From the NCBI GenBank assembly GCA_963674755.2, contig CAXXVS010000001.1, positions 224,001-288,000 on the forward strand: a DNA stretch of 64,000 bases. Reading direction: 5' to 3'. Both the position numbers and the translations under genes were made by a program. The stretch's first letter is position 1. Each line of letters begins with the position of its first letter. Shown piece after piece: positions 19,832-30,239 of the stretch. The notes beneath the pieces are model-generated. The model did not search any database. It worked only from the letters and a program-made list of their open reading frames with translations, and was not told the DNA's origin. This stretch comes from Desulfobacterales bacterium (GTDB lineage: Bacteria > Desulfobacterota > Desulfobacteria > Desulfobacterales > UBA5852).

Positions 19832-20344
19832 CTAGACCCCTTTAATATGTTCAAGCTCTGCGCGGAGGTCATTCACATCTTTGTAATGTAACCCCGCCAC
19901 CATCTTCAGTTCGTGGGCAACGAACCCCTTTGTTGATAGCACTTTGAATTTTTTCCCCCTGGCGCGCAGCAATCGTAACGGCCTTTCAAAATCCCCGTCC
20001 CCGCTTACCAATACGGCCATATCGTAATTGTCAATGGTATTGAACATATCCAATACGATCTCGATATCCAGATTGGCCTTCTTTTTGATCTCCCCTGATA
20101 CATCATCGAAAATTTCTTTGATATCCTTTGTTTCCACCGCATACCCTATATCGACAAGTCGATTCAGGAAGGCCTGCTGGCGGGCTTCGGACGGTACCCC
20201 CACGCCCACATAATAGATGGCATCCACGACCTCGCCAAAGGTGGCGCAATGGGCCAGCAGCTTCTCCGCATCGATCCACCAATGCAGACCATCTCTTTGC
20301 ATGAAAAAGTAATTGGCGCCATCGATAAAAATTGAGATTCTCAT
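19832..20344 (-). CDS. NYN domain protein (LabA/DUF88, PIN-like fold)
   Basis: IFIDGAN, KKANLDIEI, LVSGDGDF. Confidence 0.9.
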   Translation of the reverse strand: MRISIFIDGANYFFMQRDGLHWWIDAEKLLAHCATFGEVVDAIYYVGVGVPSEARQQAFLNRLVDIGYAVETKDIKEIFDDVSGEIKKKANLDIEIVLDMFNTIDNYDMAVLVSGDGDFERPLRLLRARGKKFKVLSTKGFVAHELKMVAGLHYKDVNDLRAELEHIKGV

Positions 20345-20507
20345 ATCCTATTCCATCAAATAAGGTGTTTGTTTTGTTGAAGTTTGCCCTTTCCCATAAT
20401 CGGTGGGGCGATCGTGCCGCCCAAGGTGGTGCCGACCCGATGTGCGCGCCACACACCGTTCCAACCTCGGCCGAGGGGGGCCGGACGATTTCGCCCAGCT
20501 TGTCTGT

Positions 20508-20845
20508 CTATAGCGCTATCGTCATAAATACGCTATGGCTGTTTTTTGTGTAGCCGGCAAGCGGCTCGCAGTAGGTGAAGCCGAATTTTTCGTAAAGGTT
20601 CCTCGCGGGAATGAAAGGCTCATACGAGCCGGTTTCCAAAATGACACGACGATCGTGGCGTTTTTTCGCTTCATCAAGCATAAATTGGGGCAGATGCCAT
20701 GCAACGCCCTTTCCCTGGCGGGTCGCCGCGGTTCGCATGGATTTGATTTCAGTGTGAAGGGGATCAAGCTGCTGCAATGCGCCGCAGCCGCGTAGTGTCG
20801 AATCTTCCCATAGGCTCCAGAGCGTAATTTCCGGCTTTTTCACGA
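20508..20845 (-). pseudogene. 5'-truncated GNAT N-acetyltransferase (YedL-like)
   Basis: ITLWSLWE...GCGAL...EIKSMRT...LETGS...LYEKFGF; the N-terminal segment typical of the family is absent. Confidence 0.7.
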
Positions 20846-20876
20846 AAGGGGCATACGGCCCTTTTGCTCTTTCTCT

Positions 20877-21023
20877 AAAAAAATTCGCAACGATGCCGGC
20901 TACTGGGAGCAGGTCGACCACGACCTAAAAAAGCATACCGATGCCGATATCAGCCATGGCATCTGCCCGGACTGCCGCCGAAAACACTATCCCGAGGAAT
21001 ACTGGAAGGATCTTGATCCCTAA
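20877..21023 (+). pseudogene. C-terminal remnant of a signalling protein (KKIR...YW...SHGICPxC tail)
   Basis: KKIRNDAGYWEQVDHDLKKHTDADISHGICPDCRRKHYP; no start codon. Confidence 0.65.
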
Positions 21024-21162
21024 ATGCGAAAGAAGGCCTCCAAGCATTCACACACCCTGCCCCTTTTTGGGTTTAATGGGCTAGCGAAATTTGAGGCCGC
21101 TGAAAGGGTTGACCGCTTTTTGGATAACCGCTTGACTGATCAGGGAAAATATGAGCGTTGAC

Positions 21163-21184
21163 AATAGTTCGATATCGGACTATT
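21163..21184. promoter_or_regulatory. Palindromic operator, probable MarR site 1
   Basis: AATAGTTCGATATCGGACTATT abutting TTGACA (21158-21163). Confidence 0.75.
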
Positions 21185-21192
21185 TCCATGCC

Positions 21193-21621
21193 ATGGATCA
21201 TGAAACCGATTTCATCATCTCGCTGATGTCACGGATCAGAGAAAAGGCCAACCGGCTGATCACGGCGGAACTTTCCGCCCGTGGGCTTCACGGCCTCAAG
21301 CCCATCCACGGCGATCTTCTCCTGGCCCTGTTTACCAGCGACCGACCCACCATGAAAGAACTTGCCGACCGGGTGGACCGGAAAAAATCCACGGTCACCA
21401 CCCTGGTGGACAAGCTGGTCCAACTCGGGTTTGCGACTAAGACCATGGACAAATTGGATTCAAGGGTCTTCAGGGTCTCCCTGACCCCGGAAGGGAAGGC
21501 CCTGAAACCTCAGTTGATCGATATCAGCCGCACGCTGATCGCGCGGGTCTATAAGGATATGCCGAGAGAGGAAAGAAAGCAGGTGGTCCGACTGCTAACG
21601 CATATTAACGACAACTGGTAA
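21193..21621 (+). CDS. MarR family transcriptional regulator
   Basis: TMKELA...KSTVTTLVDKL...DSRVFRVSLTPEG; start at second Met downstream of the operator. Confidence 0.9.
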   Translation: MDHETDFIISLMSRIREKANRLITAELSARGLHGLKPIHGDLLLALFTSDRPTMKELADRVDRKKSTVTTLVDKLVQLGFATKTMDKLDSRVFRVSLTPEGKALKPQLIDISRTLIARVYKDMPREERKQVVRLLTHINDNW

Positions 21622-21635
21622 AAAATTTTTGAGCT

Positions 21636-21657
21636 AATTGTTCGATATCGAACTATT
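21636..21657. promoter_or_regulatory. Palindromic operator, probable MarR site 2
   Basis: AATTGTTCGATATCGAACTATT upstream of the next gene. Confidence 0.75.
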
Positions 21658-21681
21658 TGGCGATTTCAAAAGGAGAATGCC

Positions 21682-22203
21682 ATGACTCTGATGGGAACCC
21701 TGACCCGTCGTGAGATCAAGGAACTGCTGTGTAAATGCTGGATGACCCATGATGCCATGTGGTTTGCCAACGCACTTTTTACCCACGGCATAGATGAAGC
21801 CAACCGGTTGAACAGGGCTGCCATCAAATCCATGGTGGATATCGAGCTGGGGCGATTTCTCCGGGCTATGAACCTGGCGCCGGATCAGGTAAGGCGCTTT
21901 GAGGGATTCACGGCCTTTTTCCAAAGTGTTCAGGAATTGCTGATACCGGATTTCATGAATGTGAGCATTGCTTTCAAGGCGCCGGACACCTTGTCATGGC
22001 AGTTCAATGAAAAGGGATGTTTTGCCTACAATGGGGTAAAACGCCTGAAGGTGGAAAACGGCTACCAATGCGGCGTGCTCTACCGGATTCAATGCTGGTT
22101 GACCTATCTCGACATCCCCTTCGAAATGAGCCCCGCACCCCGGACGTGCCTTATGGCTGAACAAGGCCGTTGCCGGGGCCGCTTCAGATGTGACTTCGTC
22201 TGA
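21682..22203 (+). CDS. DUF6125-like protein
   Basis: WMTHDAMWF N-terminus and Cys-containing C-terminus; AGGAG RBS. Confidence 0.65.
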   Translation: MTLMGTLTRREIKELLCKCWMTHDAMWFANALFTHGIDEANRLNRAAIKSMVDIELGRFLRAMNLAPDQVRRFEGFTAFFQSVQELLIPDFMNVSIAFKAPDTLSWQFNEKGCFAYNGVKRLKVENGYQCGVLYRIQCWLTYLDIPFEMSPAPRTCLMAEQGRCRGRFRCDFV

Positions 22204-22386
22204 GTAAATGCGATTTGCACTTGAAGGAGGATTGGGGATTTAAAGCGGATCGATAGCGTTGGAATCGCCACCTTCCCGTATTATTCCATTTTCCCTGTCT
22301 GTTCTAAGCGCTTGCCCCAATCGCTCTTCACGGCGCGATCCGAACGATTCGGCAACATCGTCGGCGAAGCAGTTGACCACCTCAAA

Positions 22387-24648
22387 TTACCCGGCATCGA
22401 TGGCTTTACGCACCTTCCGTGCAAGCTTGTCGATTTGAAAGGGTTTCGCGATGAAGTGCACGTCCTTGTCCAGCGCTCCGTGGTGGACAATAACGCTGGT
22501 CGTATAGCCCGACATAAACAGCGCTTTAAGCCCAGGACGCACAAGTTTCAGTTTGTCGTGAAGCTCCTTGCCGTTCATTTTCGGCATGACCATATCCGTT
22601 AGAAGCAAGTCGATTGCTGAACGCTCCTTTTCAAAAATAGAGAGCGCCTCCTCGGGATCGACGGTAGAGACGACCTTGTAGCCGAGGTTTTCAAGAAGTA
22701 CTTTGGTTACGGTCCTCACCATATCGTCGTCCTCGACCAATAAAATGGTTTCGGATCCGGTTTCGAGTCGGTTGTCATCCGGCGGTGCCGCCGGCTCGAC
22801 GTCACCCTCGGCCCTCAAGATGTAGATCTTGAACGTCGTACCCAGGCCCGGTTCACTGTAAACATTGATAAAGCCTCCGGCCTGTTTCACAATGCCATAA
22901 ACGGTGGACAACCCCAGGCCGGTGCCCTTGCCGACTTCCTTGGTGGTAAAAAAAGGGTCGAAGATCCGGCTTGCAATTTCAGACCGCATGCCTTCCCCGT
23001 TGTCGCTAACCGATAGGCGCACGAAATCACCGGGAAGGGATTCGGCGTGATCCCTGCAGTAGGCCTCATCCAAAACAACATGGGCCGTCTCCAAGGTTAG
23101 CTTCCCGCCGCCGGGCATGGCGTCGCGGGCATTGACCGCAAGGTTTAAAACAATCTGTTCAAACTGAACGGGATCGAATTCGATTTTAATTTCATCGCTG
23201 CAAGGAAAGAAAACGAGCTCAATATCCTCGCCAATCATACTCGCAAGCGTCCGCTCCAGGCCCCGAATGAGGTGATTGACATCCAAAATTTTGGGCTCGA
23301 AGATCTGCTTGCGGGAAAAGGCCAACAGCTGCTGGGTTATGTGCTTGGAGCGCGTGGCCGCCTGATCGATCAGATCCAAGTCCCTTAAGAGGGGATCGTT
23401 CGGAGCGAGCTTTGTTTTAATGAGTTCATAGCTTCCGAGTATAACGCTGAGCATGTTATTGAAATCGTGCGCCACGCCGCCGGCCAAACGCCCGATGGAT
23501 TCCAGCTTCTGGGATTGCAGCAACTGAGCTTGAAGTTTTTCGCGCTCCTTCTCCGCCTTTTGGCGCTCCGAGATATCACGCACAAATGCCAGGTGCCGCT
23601 CTTTATCGCCGAAAGGCATGCGGTAGGCCATGACTTCTATGGGGAAGGTCGATCCGTCCCTGCGGCGGTGAGCCGTTTCGATCAGACGCGATTGGATGGT
23701 GCGCATTTCCTTCCAGTGGGCGCTCCATCGCTCGGGTGTAAAGTCGGGATCGATGTCCCATAAATGCATCTTCAGCAACTCGTCCCGGCGGTACCCAAGG
23801 GAACGGCAGGCCTGATCGTTCACATAAGTGAAACCGCCATCTTGAGGCATCACAAAAAAACCGTCGGGAGAAGTGTCCATGGCATGTTTAAAAAAACGAA
23901 GGGCGTTATATGCTTTTTTCCGTTCGGTAATATTACGGACATAGGCAACATGGTGCTTTTGCCGGTTGAGGAGAATCTGGCGGGACGTAATCTCCACGGG
24001 GAACAGGGTGCCGTCCTTCCGCTTGTGCCGCCGCTCAAGTCGCGCCCCGCCGGCTTCGCCAACCGCCTGCCAATGTGACTCCCATTGCTCCTTTTTAAAA
24101 ACCGCGTCGATATCCCACAGGTGCAACCGCATCAGTTCATCTGGGCTATATCCCAGCGATTGGCAGGCCTGTGCGTTTACATAGAGGAAGCGCCCCTCCG
24201 CGTTGATCCAGTACACGGCGTCGGGAGAGGATTCCACCGAATGCTGAAACCGCCGCAGGTTTTCCTGCCTATCGATGCGCTGGCTGATATCCCGAACGAT
24301 GGCCCACATGCCGATCGGTTTGTCGTCGGAGTCCCTGCTAAGGGTCACTCTCAGTTCCACGGGCACGATGCTGCCGTCTTTTCGTCGGTACTCTTTTTGA
24401 AATACATCGGAGTAGCCACGCACCATGACCTGTTCGCCGATAATTTGATGTTGGAGGGGATGCCATTTGTCAGGGGTGAGATCGAATAGGCTCATTCCGA
24501 GCAATTCTTCCCTCTTGTAGCCGACAAGATCCAGAAACGCCTGGTTGGCCCCACGGATGCGGCCTTCCAAATCCACAGCCCCGAAGGCGTCCGCCATCAT
24601 ATCGCAGAGTAGCCGACAGTTGGAATCCATCATTTTCTGGGCTTCCAT
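22387..24648 (-). CDS. Hybrid sensor histidine kinase (3 PAS, HisKA, HATPase, REC)
   Basis: PAS/PAC repeats ending [37 protein letters not shown]...TDMVMP. Confidence 0.93.
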   Translation of the reverse strand: MEAQKMMDSNCRLLCDMMADAFGAVDLEGRIRGANQAFLDLVGYKREELLGMSLFDLTPDKWHPLQHQIIGEQVMVRGYSDVFQKEYRRKDGSIVPVELRVTLSRDSDDKPIGMWAIVRDISQRIDRQENLRRFQHSVESSPDAVYWINAEGRFLYVNAQACQSLGYSPDELMRLHLWDIDAVFKKEQWESHWQAVGEAGGARLERRHKRKDGTLFPVEITSRQILLNRQKHHVAYVRNITERKKAYNALRFFKHAMDTSPDGFFVMPQDGGFTYVNDQACRSLGYRRDELLKMHLWDIDPDFTPERWSAHWKEMRTIQSRLIETAHRRRDGSTFPIEVMAYRMPFGDKERHLAFVRDISERQKAEKEREKLQAQLLQSQKLESIGRLAGGVAHDFNNMLSVILGSYELIKTKLAPNDPLLRDLDLIDQAATRSKHITQQLLAFSRKQIFEPKILDVNHLIRGLERTLASMIGEDIELVFFPCSDEIKIEFDPVQFEQIVLNLAVNARDAMPGGGKLTLETAHVVLDEAYCRDHAESLPGDFVRLSVSDNGEGMRSEIASRIFDPFFTTKEVGKGTGLGLSTVYGIVKQAGGFINVYSEPGLGTTFKIYILRAEGDVEPAAPPDDNRLETGSETILLVEDDDMVRTVTKVLLENLGYKVVSTVDPEEALSIFEKERSAIDLLLTDMVMPKMNGKELHDKLKLVRPGLKALFMSGYTTSVIVHHGALDKDVHFIAKPFQIDKLARKVRKAIDAG

Positions 24649-24761
24649 CTATCTTTTTCCTCCTTCAGCAAGATAGTCCTCTGAGTCGTCATCTCTCGTT
24701 CGGTCATAGGCCGGCGGCGCTATGGCACAGCTGCAGGTTGCGATGCCGCCGCACAAAAGGG

Positions 24762-25136
24762 CTAACATTCGGCAATCGGTTCGCGAAACCAGGCCATGGC
24801 TTCCTTGATATCCACGAAAACCTGGATGGAAAGGAAGGAAAATTCGGCATTCACGCAAATTGTGCGACACTTGGTATAGGTAGCGACATCTTGCTCCACT
24901 ACCATCGCGATTTTTTTGAATAGAGGACTCCGTCTCCAGTAGCAGATAAGCTTATCGAGGTCGTGGCCGGGAAGATCAAGTTGCGTTTGGCGAAGATCGA
25001 CCAACAGGTCTATGGGGGGCTGAAAGGAACGATCCGACATGATGCGTTTCCACGATCTGAAGAAATCACCGAACGTTGCTGCCTCCCGGATTTTGAGTAT
25101 CAGAAGATCGGTTGAGAAGAGATAGTGAATCGGCAT
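24762..25136 (-). CDS. Small hypothetical protein (STAS/SEC14-like)
   Basis: LLVDLR...KIAMVV...VFVDIKEAMAWF pattern. Confidence 0.5.
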   Translation of the reverse strand: MPIHYLFSTDLLILKIREAATFGDFFRSWKRIMSDRSFQPPIDLLVDLRQTQLDLPGHDLDKLICYWRRSPLFKKIAMVVEQDVATYTKCRTICVNAEFSFLSIQVFVDIKEAMAWFREPIAEC

Positions 25137-25617
25137 GGGAAAGGCGCTCCTGTCAACGGTGATGACGCTTCAGCCGGTGGCGCTTTAAAATGACTGAAAA
25201 ACAACCCTATCAATGGGCGCAGTCCCTAAGGGGTTGGGAAGGCAAACCTAAACGGGTCCGTCTGCCTGTTTGGAAATATAACGGCAATAGCGAACCCCGA
25301 GAGCTGATAGTCCCTTGGTGTCGGATATCACATGGGTGCCCTATGAAAACCGGGCTGGAAACGAATTTGCCTATGCGCGCCCATTTAAAGTTATCTGTCT
25401 AAGAATGAAGCGCCGGCCCCTGTGAACCCGCTGAGTTTCAATCCTTTATCTTGAAGCCTTGAGGCAAGCAGCGCTCCATCCGGCATCCATGCCGTCTGAA
25501 CGGGAAGCGGGCGATTCATCGGCGCTATCTTATGGCCCTCGCCAACGGCATAAACCTTTTGACGCCGTCGGCGGGGCATATCTTGATAGGTATAGAGAGA
25601 AACCGTGCGGAGGGACG

Positions 25618-25665
25618 AAAGAAAAGAGGCCGATTCACCGTTTTATAACATGAGCGCGTCGGCCC
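25618..25665 (-). terminator. Possible terminator downstream of second riboswitch
   Basis: Minus strand GGCCGA...TCGGCC followed by TCTTTTCTTT. Confidence 0.45.
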
Positions 25666-25682
25666 TGACTGGCTCGACCCAC

Positions 25683-25755
25683 AGGCAACCCGGCTGACTG
25701 ATAAAGTCCCGTGGCTTTCCGTCCCTGTCTCGCAACAGGTTTGGCTTTTTCTATA
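25683..25755 (-). ncRNA. Cyclic di-GMP-I (GEMM) riboswitch, second copy
   Basis: Minus strand GCCAAACCTGTTGCGAGACAGGGACGGAAAGCCACGGGACTTTATCAGTCAGCCGGGTTGCC. Confidence 0.88.
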
Positions 25756-25889
25756 GGCAAAATGAGATTTAAGTATTTGCTACCATGGAAAAATTCCGCT
25801 TGTCAACAAGGAATTGGCACGTGAAAGACGCTGCACCCATGGGCAATACGGACCGGTGAATCCCGGGTAATCAAAACTGTCCAAAATCC

Positions 25890-26096
25890 CTTTTGGATTT
25901 TCCAGATGTCGTCATGCCGGTCAGGGGAAAATAGCTCAGCGGGTTTGCCCACTGCGATCCAGCCAATAGGCACAACCGTTCCGGGTTCAAGGTGGGATTT
26001 AAGGTGCACCACGCCGTTGATTCTCACTTGAGAGCCTCTTCCCAAACAAGCACTGTGAAAAATGGCGGCGCCGGTGGCAATGAAAACCTCGTCCTC
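25890..26096 (-). pseudogene. Internal fragment of a gamma-carbonic-anhydrase-like (hexapeptide repeat) protein
   Basis: EDEVFIATGAAIFHSACLGRGSQVRINGVVH...VPIGWIAVGKPA; both ends missing. Confidence 0.65.
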
Positions 26097-26437
26097 ATAT
26101 GGGCTTTGAACAGATAAAAGGCGGGTAGGGGAAGCCCTTACCTATACCGTTGAGCCCATGTTTCAATCTCGGATTCAGGGAAACGGAGCTTCATGTCGCA
26201 AGCATAAACCTATGATTAAACATGCTTGGTCGAATGCTCTTTCGGCCCGGGTCTGCAACCGGAAAGGCTGTTGGCTATGAGAGAAGGCGTTGGCTTGTCA
26301 TTGAGATGGAAGATTATCAGATATAGCTGATAATGCAAAGTTATTCCGCCATACTGATGGCCTGATGGGCCAACTTGCTAACAAATCAGGGGCTTTTGAA
26401 TTATGGATCCCTGGAAAGCTCCCGTCAACAGGAATTT

Positions 26438-26509
26438 ACCACGAAGGACACGAAGAAATACGCACGGGAAGGAGAAGAATCCCTTCGTGTTCTTCGCGAT
26501 CTTCGTGGT
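26438..26509. repeat. CACGAAG/CTTCGTG 9-nt periodic inverted repeat, copy 1
   Basis: ACCACGAAGGACACGAAG...CTTCGTGTTCTTCGCGATCTTCGTGGT. Confidence 0.7.
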
Positions 26510-26652
26510 GGTTCTTTTTCATTGTAACCAACTTGTGCAATCCAGATAATCGCTTTTGAATTTCTACCCCCAATATACGCGTTTGCATGTCGGTCAATCC
26601 GATTTAGGGTGTTTGCGGGGATGAAAAACGAAGGGTCTGAAGATGCGAAAAG

Positions 26653-27192
26653 TCAGGTTGCGGATGTTTGATGTTGAAGCTTTTCCTGTATTTTCTTCAT
26701 TAGATTGCGCGCCACGTCGCTCACATTTTCGTTTACGGACGCGCCGGAAATCGCATCGAAATCATGCCCGCCTTTATCGGGAAGCCAGGAGCCTTCGCCT
26801 GAAGTAGTCAGCAGGATGATGTTGCCGGTCGTCTTCTGGCGATCAAGGAAGGCACTGACCTCATGGTCAAGGCCCCACGCCAGACATGTGTTGATAACCA
26901 CAACAGCCGCATAATCCGTTGCGTCTACCTGGCCCAATTGCGTGATGCCAATTATCTTGTGTGAAATATGGGCCGCGGAGAGCTCTTCGCGAAGTTCCGC
27001 CACGAGCTCAGTTTTGTACGCACTGGCACGTGATGCGACAAGAACCGTGGGTTTTCCGGGTCTTGTTTCTATATCAGACGCCGTGATGTCCTCTTGGGGC
27101 CAAAAATGTTGCGGTACTGCGCATCCTGCCAGCAACAAAACCCCAAATATTAATAATCCGTAAAAATGGTTTCGCTCTGATTTCAAGTTCAT
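26653..27192 (-). CDS. Hypothetical lipoprotein (flavodoxin-like alpha/beta fold)
   Basis: Lipobox LLAGC; alternating strand/helix pattern. Confidence 0.7.
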   Translation of the reverse strand: MNLKSERNHFYGLLIFGVLLLAGCAVPQHFWPQEDITASDIETRPGKPTVLVASRASAYKTELVAELREELSAAHISHKIIGITQLGQVDATDYAAVVVINTCLAWGLDHEVSAFLDRQKTTGNIILLTTSGEGSWLPDKGGHDFDAISGASVNENVSDVARNLMKKIQEKLQHQTSAT

Positions 27193-28008
27193 ATTTTAGT
27201 ATGGCATAGGATTTGGCAAAAAATTAACAATTAAAGTGCGACCCTCTTGGAATTCCTATATGTTTTTCATTTGCCATAAACAGAGACCTATCAGTTATGG
27301 GAGATGAACTTATTTATATAACTGATAATGATGCTTCGAGAACCGGTTTTCGGGCGTATCCTTCAGCTTGTTTTTCCTGATGTCGTCTATCAGCTTGTCA
27401 ACTATCTCATCCTCGATACCGTTCATGTCATCTGTTGTGGCAACGAAATCAGACAGGCCATGGTCTTCATAGTCCTTTCTGAATCACCAAGACGCCTACT
27501 CTTGACATTGGAACTTCCTATCACGGACGAACGCCATCAAGGTGTTGGCTGGATAGAAGATCACCCCTTGGTCGGTTTGATTTTTTTGTGCCGGCTCGGG
27601 GAGGGAAATGGTGGTGCTGCCTACGCAAATCTTTTAGAACTTATGCTGCTTTAATGATCCTATACTGCGCGGTTCGGTTTTAGTCAATTGGCCGATGGTT
27701 GAATTGTCTCAACATATCTAAGACAAGCAATGCCTGCCCAGCCGGATCGGCCGGTGGAGAAAAGGGACATTTTGTGTTAACAGACTTAAGACGATCGGCG
27801 CCTTGGGCCGAAATGCGGTGTTCCAGCCCGCGCAAAATCGCTTAAAGCCCTGATGGTCGATGCGCATTCCACTTCGGCCTGCGCCTTGCCTTTCGCCACG
27901 ATGTTTGTTTATCCTAAGTCTGTTCTTTTGGTGGCAGGATCGACTTCGATCGTTCGATGCGGGCCCTGCCGATCCGCTCCCCCCAAACCGATGACCAAGG
28001 AGTCGTGG

Positions 28009-28212
28009 ATGGATTGTATCAAGGAAAAGAACCTCGCCCGGTGCAACTGCACTTACGAACCCTGCTCCCGCAAGGGCAATTGCTGCGAATGCATCCGGTA
28101 CCATGCCGGCATGCGCCAGCTCCCGGCCTGCGTTTTTCCGGACGATGCCGAGCGGACCTACGACCGCTCCTTCGAGCACTTTGCCCGCCTGGTTAGCGAA
28201 GGACGTATTTAG
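28009..28212 (+). CDS. Small Cys-rich protein (DUF6485-like)
   Basis: [21 protein letters not shown]...LPAC...ERTYDRS; AAGGAG RBS. Confidence 0.8.
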   Translation: MDCIKEKNLARCNCTYEPCSRKGNCCECIRYHAGMRQLPACVFPDDAERTYDRSFEHFARLVSEGRI

Positions 28213-28588
28213 GTGCCGTCCGGTGTCGCCCCTACAAATTTGCCGGCTATGGCATTGGCCGGTTTGGACATTTTGTCCGTGAACTGCTATGCTCAGGACG
28301 AGCCGCCGGTGGAAATTGAGCAGACCCTTACCCGGCCATCCGCCGGCAGGCCGGTCGTGCCGAAACCTTGTCGGATTTCCTCACCCTCGAACGCAGACCC
28401 TCATTTTGAAATGCGTCTTATGACAGACAACGGCAATGCTTGACCGGCGCGCATAATCGCTTATTTTAATGGGATAGGTTAATTTACGCAGCGCGTTTTT
28501 TGCGATGTCTCGCCACCGGCCGTATCCCGGCCACTTGTTTCAGCTCATCACTTGCCGCAAGGTGCAATTTCTACGAGGAGGACTATCC

Positions 28589-29407
28589 ATGGAAGATCTG
28601 ATTCAGAAAGGCTACGTGTTGTTAGCGACCTATGGCCTCAAGGTCGTGTTTGCCATCGTCATCCTGATCGTCGGTCGTTGGGTGTCAAAGCTTTTTAGCA
28701 AGCTGGCCAAACGGGTGATGGAAAAGCGGGCGATCGATGAAACCCTGCGTGTGTTTACCGGCAGCCTTATCTACTATGCCCTCCTGACCTTCGTGGTCCT
28801 GGCGGCCTTGAGCCAGCTCGGTATCCAGACCACGTCGTTCATCGCCGTTATCGGTGCCGCCGGCCTGGCCATCGGCCTGGCCCTCCAGGGCTCCCTGGCG
28901 AACTTTGCCTCCGGTTTTCTGATGATCATGTTCCGGCCTTTCAAGGTCGGGGATTTTATCGAGGGCGCCGGGGTGGCCGGGACGGTCGAAAGCCTCCATA
29001 TTTTCACGACCCACCTGCGCACCCCGGACAATAAAAAAATCATCATTCCCAATTCGAGCCTGACCGGGGGCAACATCGTCAACTGGTCGGCTACCGGCAC
29101 GCGCCGGGTCGATATGGTGTTCGGCATCGGCTACGACGACGACATCGACAAGGCCAAGCAGGTGATCGGCGAGATCCTGGCGGCGGACGAGCGCATTTTG
29201 AAGGATCCGGCACCCTTTGTGGCGCTGTCCGAACTGGCGGACAGCAGCGTCAATTTCGTGGCCCGTCCCTGGGTCAAGACCGGGGATTATTGGGGGGTCC
29301 TTTTCGATACCACCGAAGCGGTCAAGAAACGGTTCGATGCCGAGGGCATCAGCATCCCGTATCCCCAGCGCGATGTGCATGTCCACCAGCAGGCCGCCCA
29401 AGCCTGA
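28589..29407 (+). CDS. mscS: Small-conductance mechanosensitive channel
   Basis: GAAGLAIGLALQGSLANFASG, RPFKVGD, IPYPQRDVH. Confidence 0.93.
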   Translation: MEDLIQKGYVLLATYGLKVVFAIVILIVGRWVSKLFSKLAKRVMEKRAIDETLRVFTGSLIYYALLTFVVLAALSQLGIQTTSFIAVIGAAGLAIGLALQGSLANFASGFLMIMFRPFKVGDFIEGAGVAGTVESLHIFTTHLRTPDNKKIIIPNSSLTGGNIVNWSATGTRRVDMVFGIGYDDDIDKAKQVIGEILAADERILKDPAPFVALSELADSSVNFVARPWVKTGDYWGVLFDTTEAVKKRFDAEGISIPYPQRDVHVHQQAAQA

Positions 29408-29479
29408 CCGCAGTCGGAAGGGGGGGCTGCGGGATTGGCGGCGGTGATGGTGGTGCGCTAATCTTGCGAGGCCAAATAG

Positions 29480-29514
29480 AAGCGGGCCGTTCTTATAAAA
29501 AGGCGGCCCGCTTT
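29480..29514. terminator. Hairpin between convergent genes, probable terminator
   Basis: AAGCGGGCCG...CGGCCCGCTT. Confidence 0.55.
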
Positions 29515-29555
29515 GTGGTTATCAAAAGGGGGAGACGACTGGCGCACCGGGGCCT

Positions 29556-29933
29556 CTATTTGGTGTAATAGACGCCGGGGATCCAGCTTTTTTTGATTTT
29601 GGCGGTTTTGACGTATTCGGCACTGTTCTCATCAATAAACTTGAAGGTTTTCAGCCCCACGCGGATCACGTCTTCGTGGGACAGCCGCTGGCGCTCGATC
29701 CGATCGATGTTGACATAGGTGCCATTGGTGCTGCCCAGGTCGCGGAGGTAGTATTCCGCGGGGCCCTCCCCGCCCTCCGGCGTGACGGTCTCGATCAGGC
29801 AGTGGCGGGTGCTGACCGAGGCATCGTCGATATAGACATCGCTTTGCGGCGCGCGCCCGATATGGAATTCGGGCTTGTCGATTTCAAACTGAGCAGTGGC
29901 AATGCCATCCAACAGCTGGACAATGCGGGCCAT
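29556..29933 (-). CDS. Stand-alone FHA domain protein
   Basis: IGR...VSTRHC...DLGSTNGT. Confidence 0.88.
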   Translation of the reverse strand: MARIVQLLDGIATAQFEIDKPEFHIGRAPQSDVYIDDASVSTRHCLIETVTPEGGEGPAEYYLRDLGSTNGTYVNIDRIERQRLSHEDVIRVGLKTFKFIDENSAEYVKTAKIKKSWIPGVYYTK

Positions 29934-30239
29934 GGTCGGATCTCCCAAAAGGGTTGGCACAAAGTAAGCCGAATAAAATCAAGGATAGGCGATTACGGAG
30001 GGCACGTCAATATGGGACCGTTCCGCAAGGTCCGAGCACCGGCTCGTAAGGGCGGTAAAGGCCCGGTCCGGCAGCGGCCGGGAGGCGGTTGAACCCCAGC
30101 GGTGGGCATGCTATGGCGGCTAGGCAGGTGACCCGTCGCCGTTTCGGCGGCACGCCGAGCAAACAGCGAACAAACCTGTGCGATTTCCAATTGCCAATGG
30201 CCATCGCATCTTGGATGCGGGCCTGGGAGGAGATTTGCC

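Noticed and set aside
26438..26509. CRISPR array
   Set aside because: Short periodic inverted units, no repeat-spacer structure, no cas genes
27328..27654. 108-aa plus-strand ORF
   Set aside because: No motifs; opposite strand looks more protein-like
30014..30160. Cluster of small GC hairpins, possible ncRNA
   Set aside because: No recognisable family; expected by chance at this GC content
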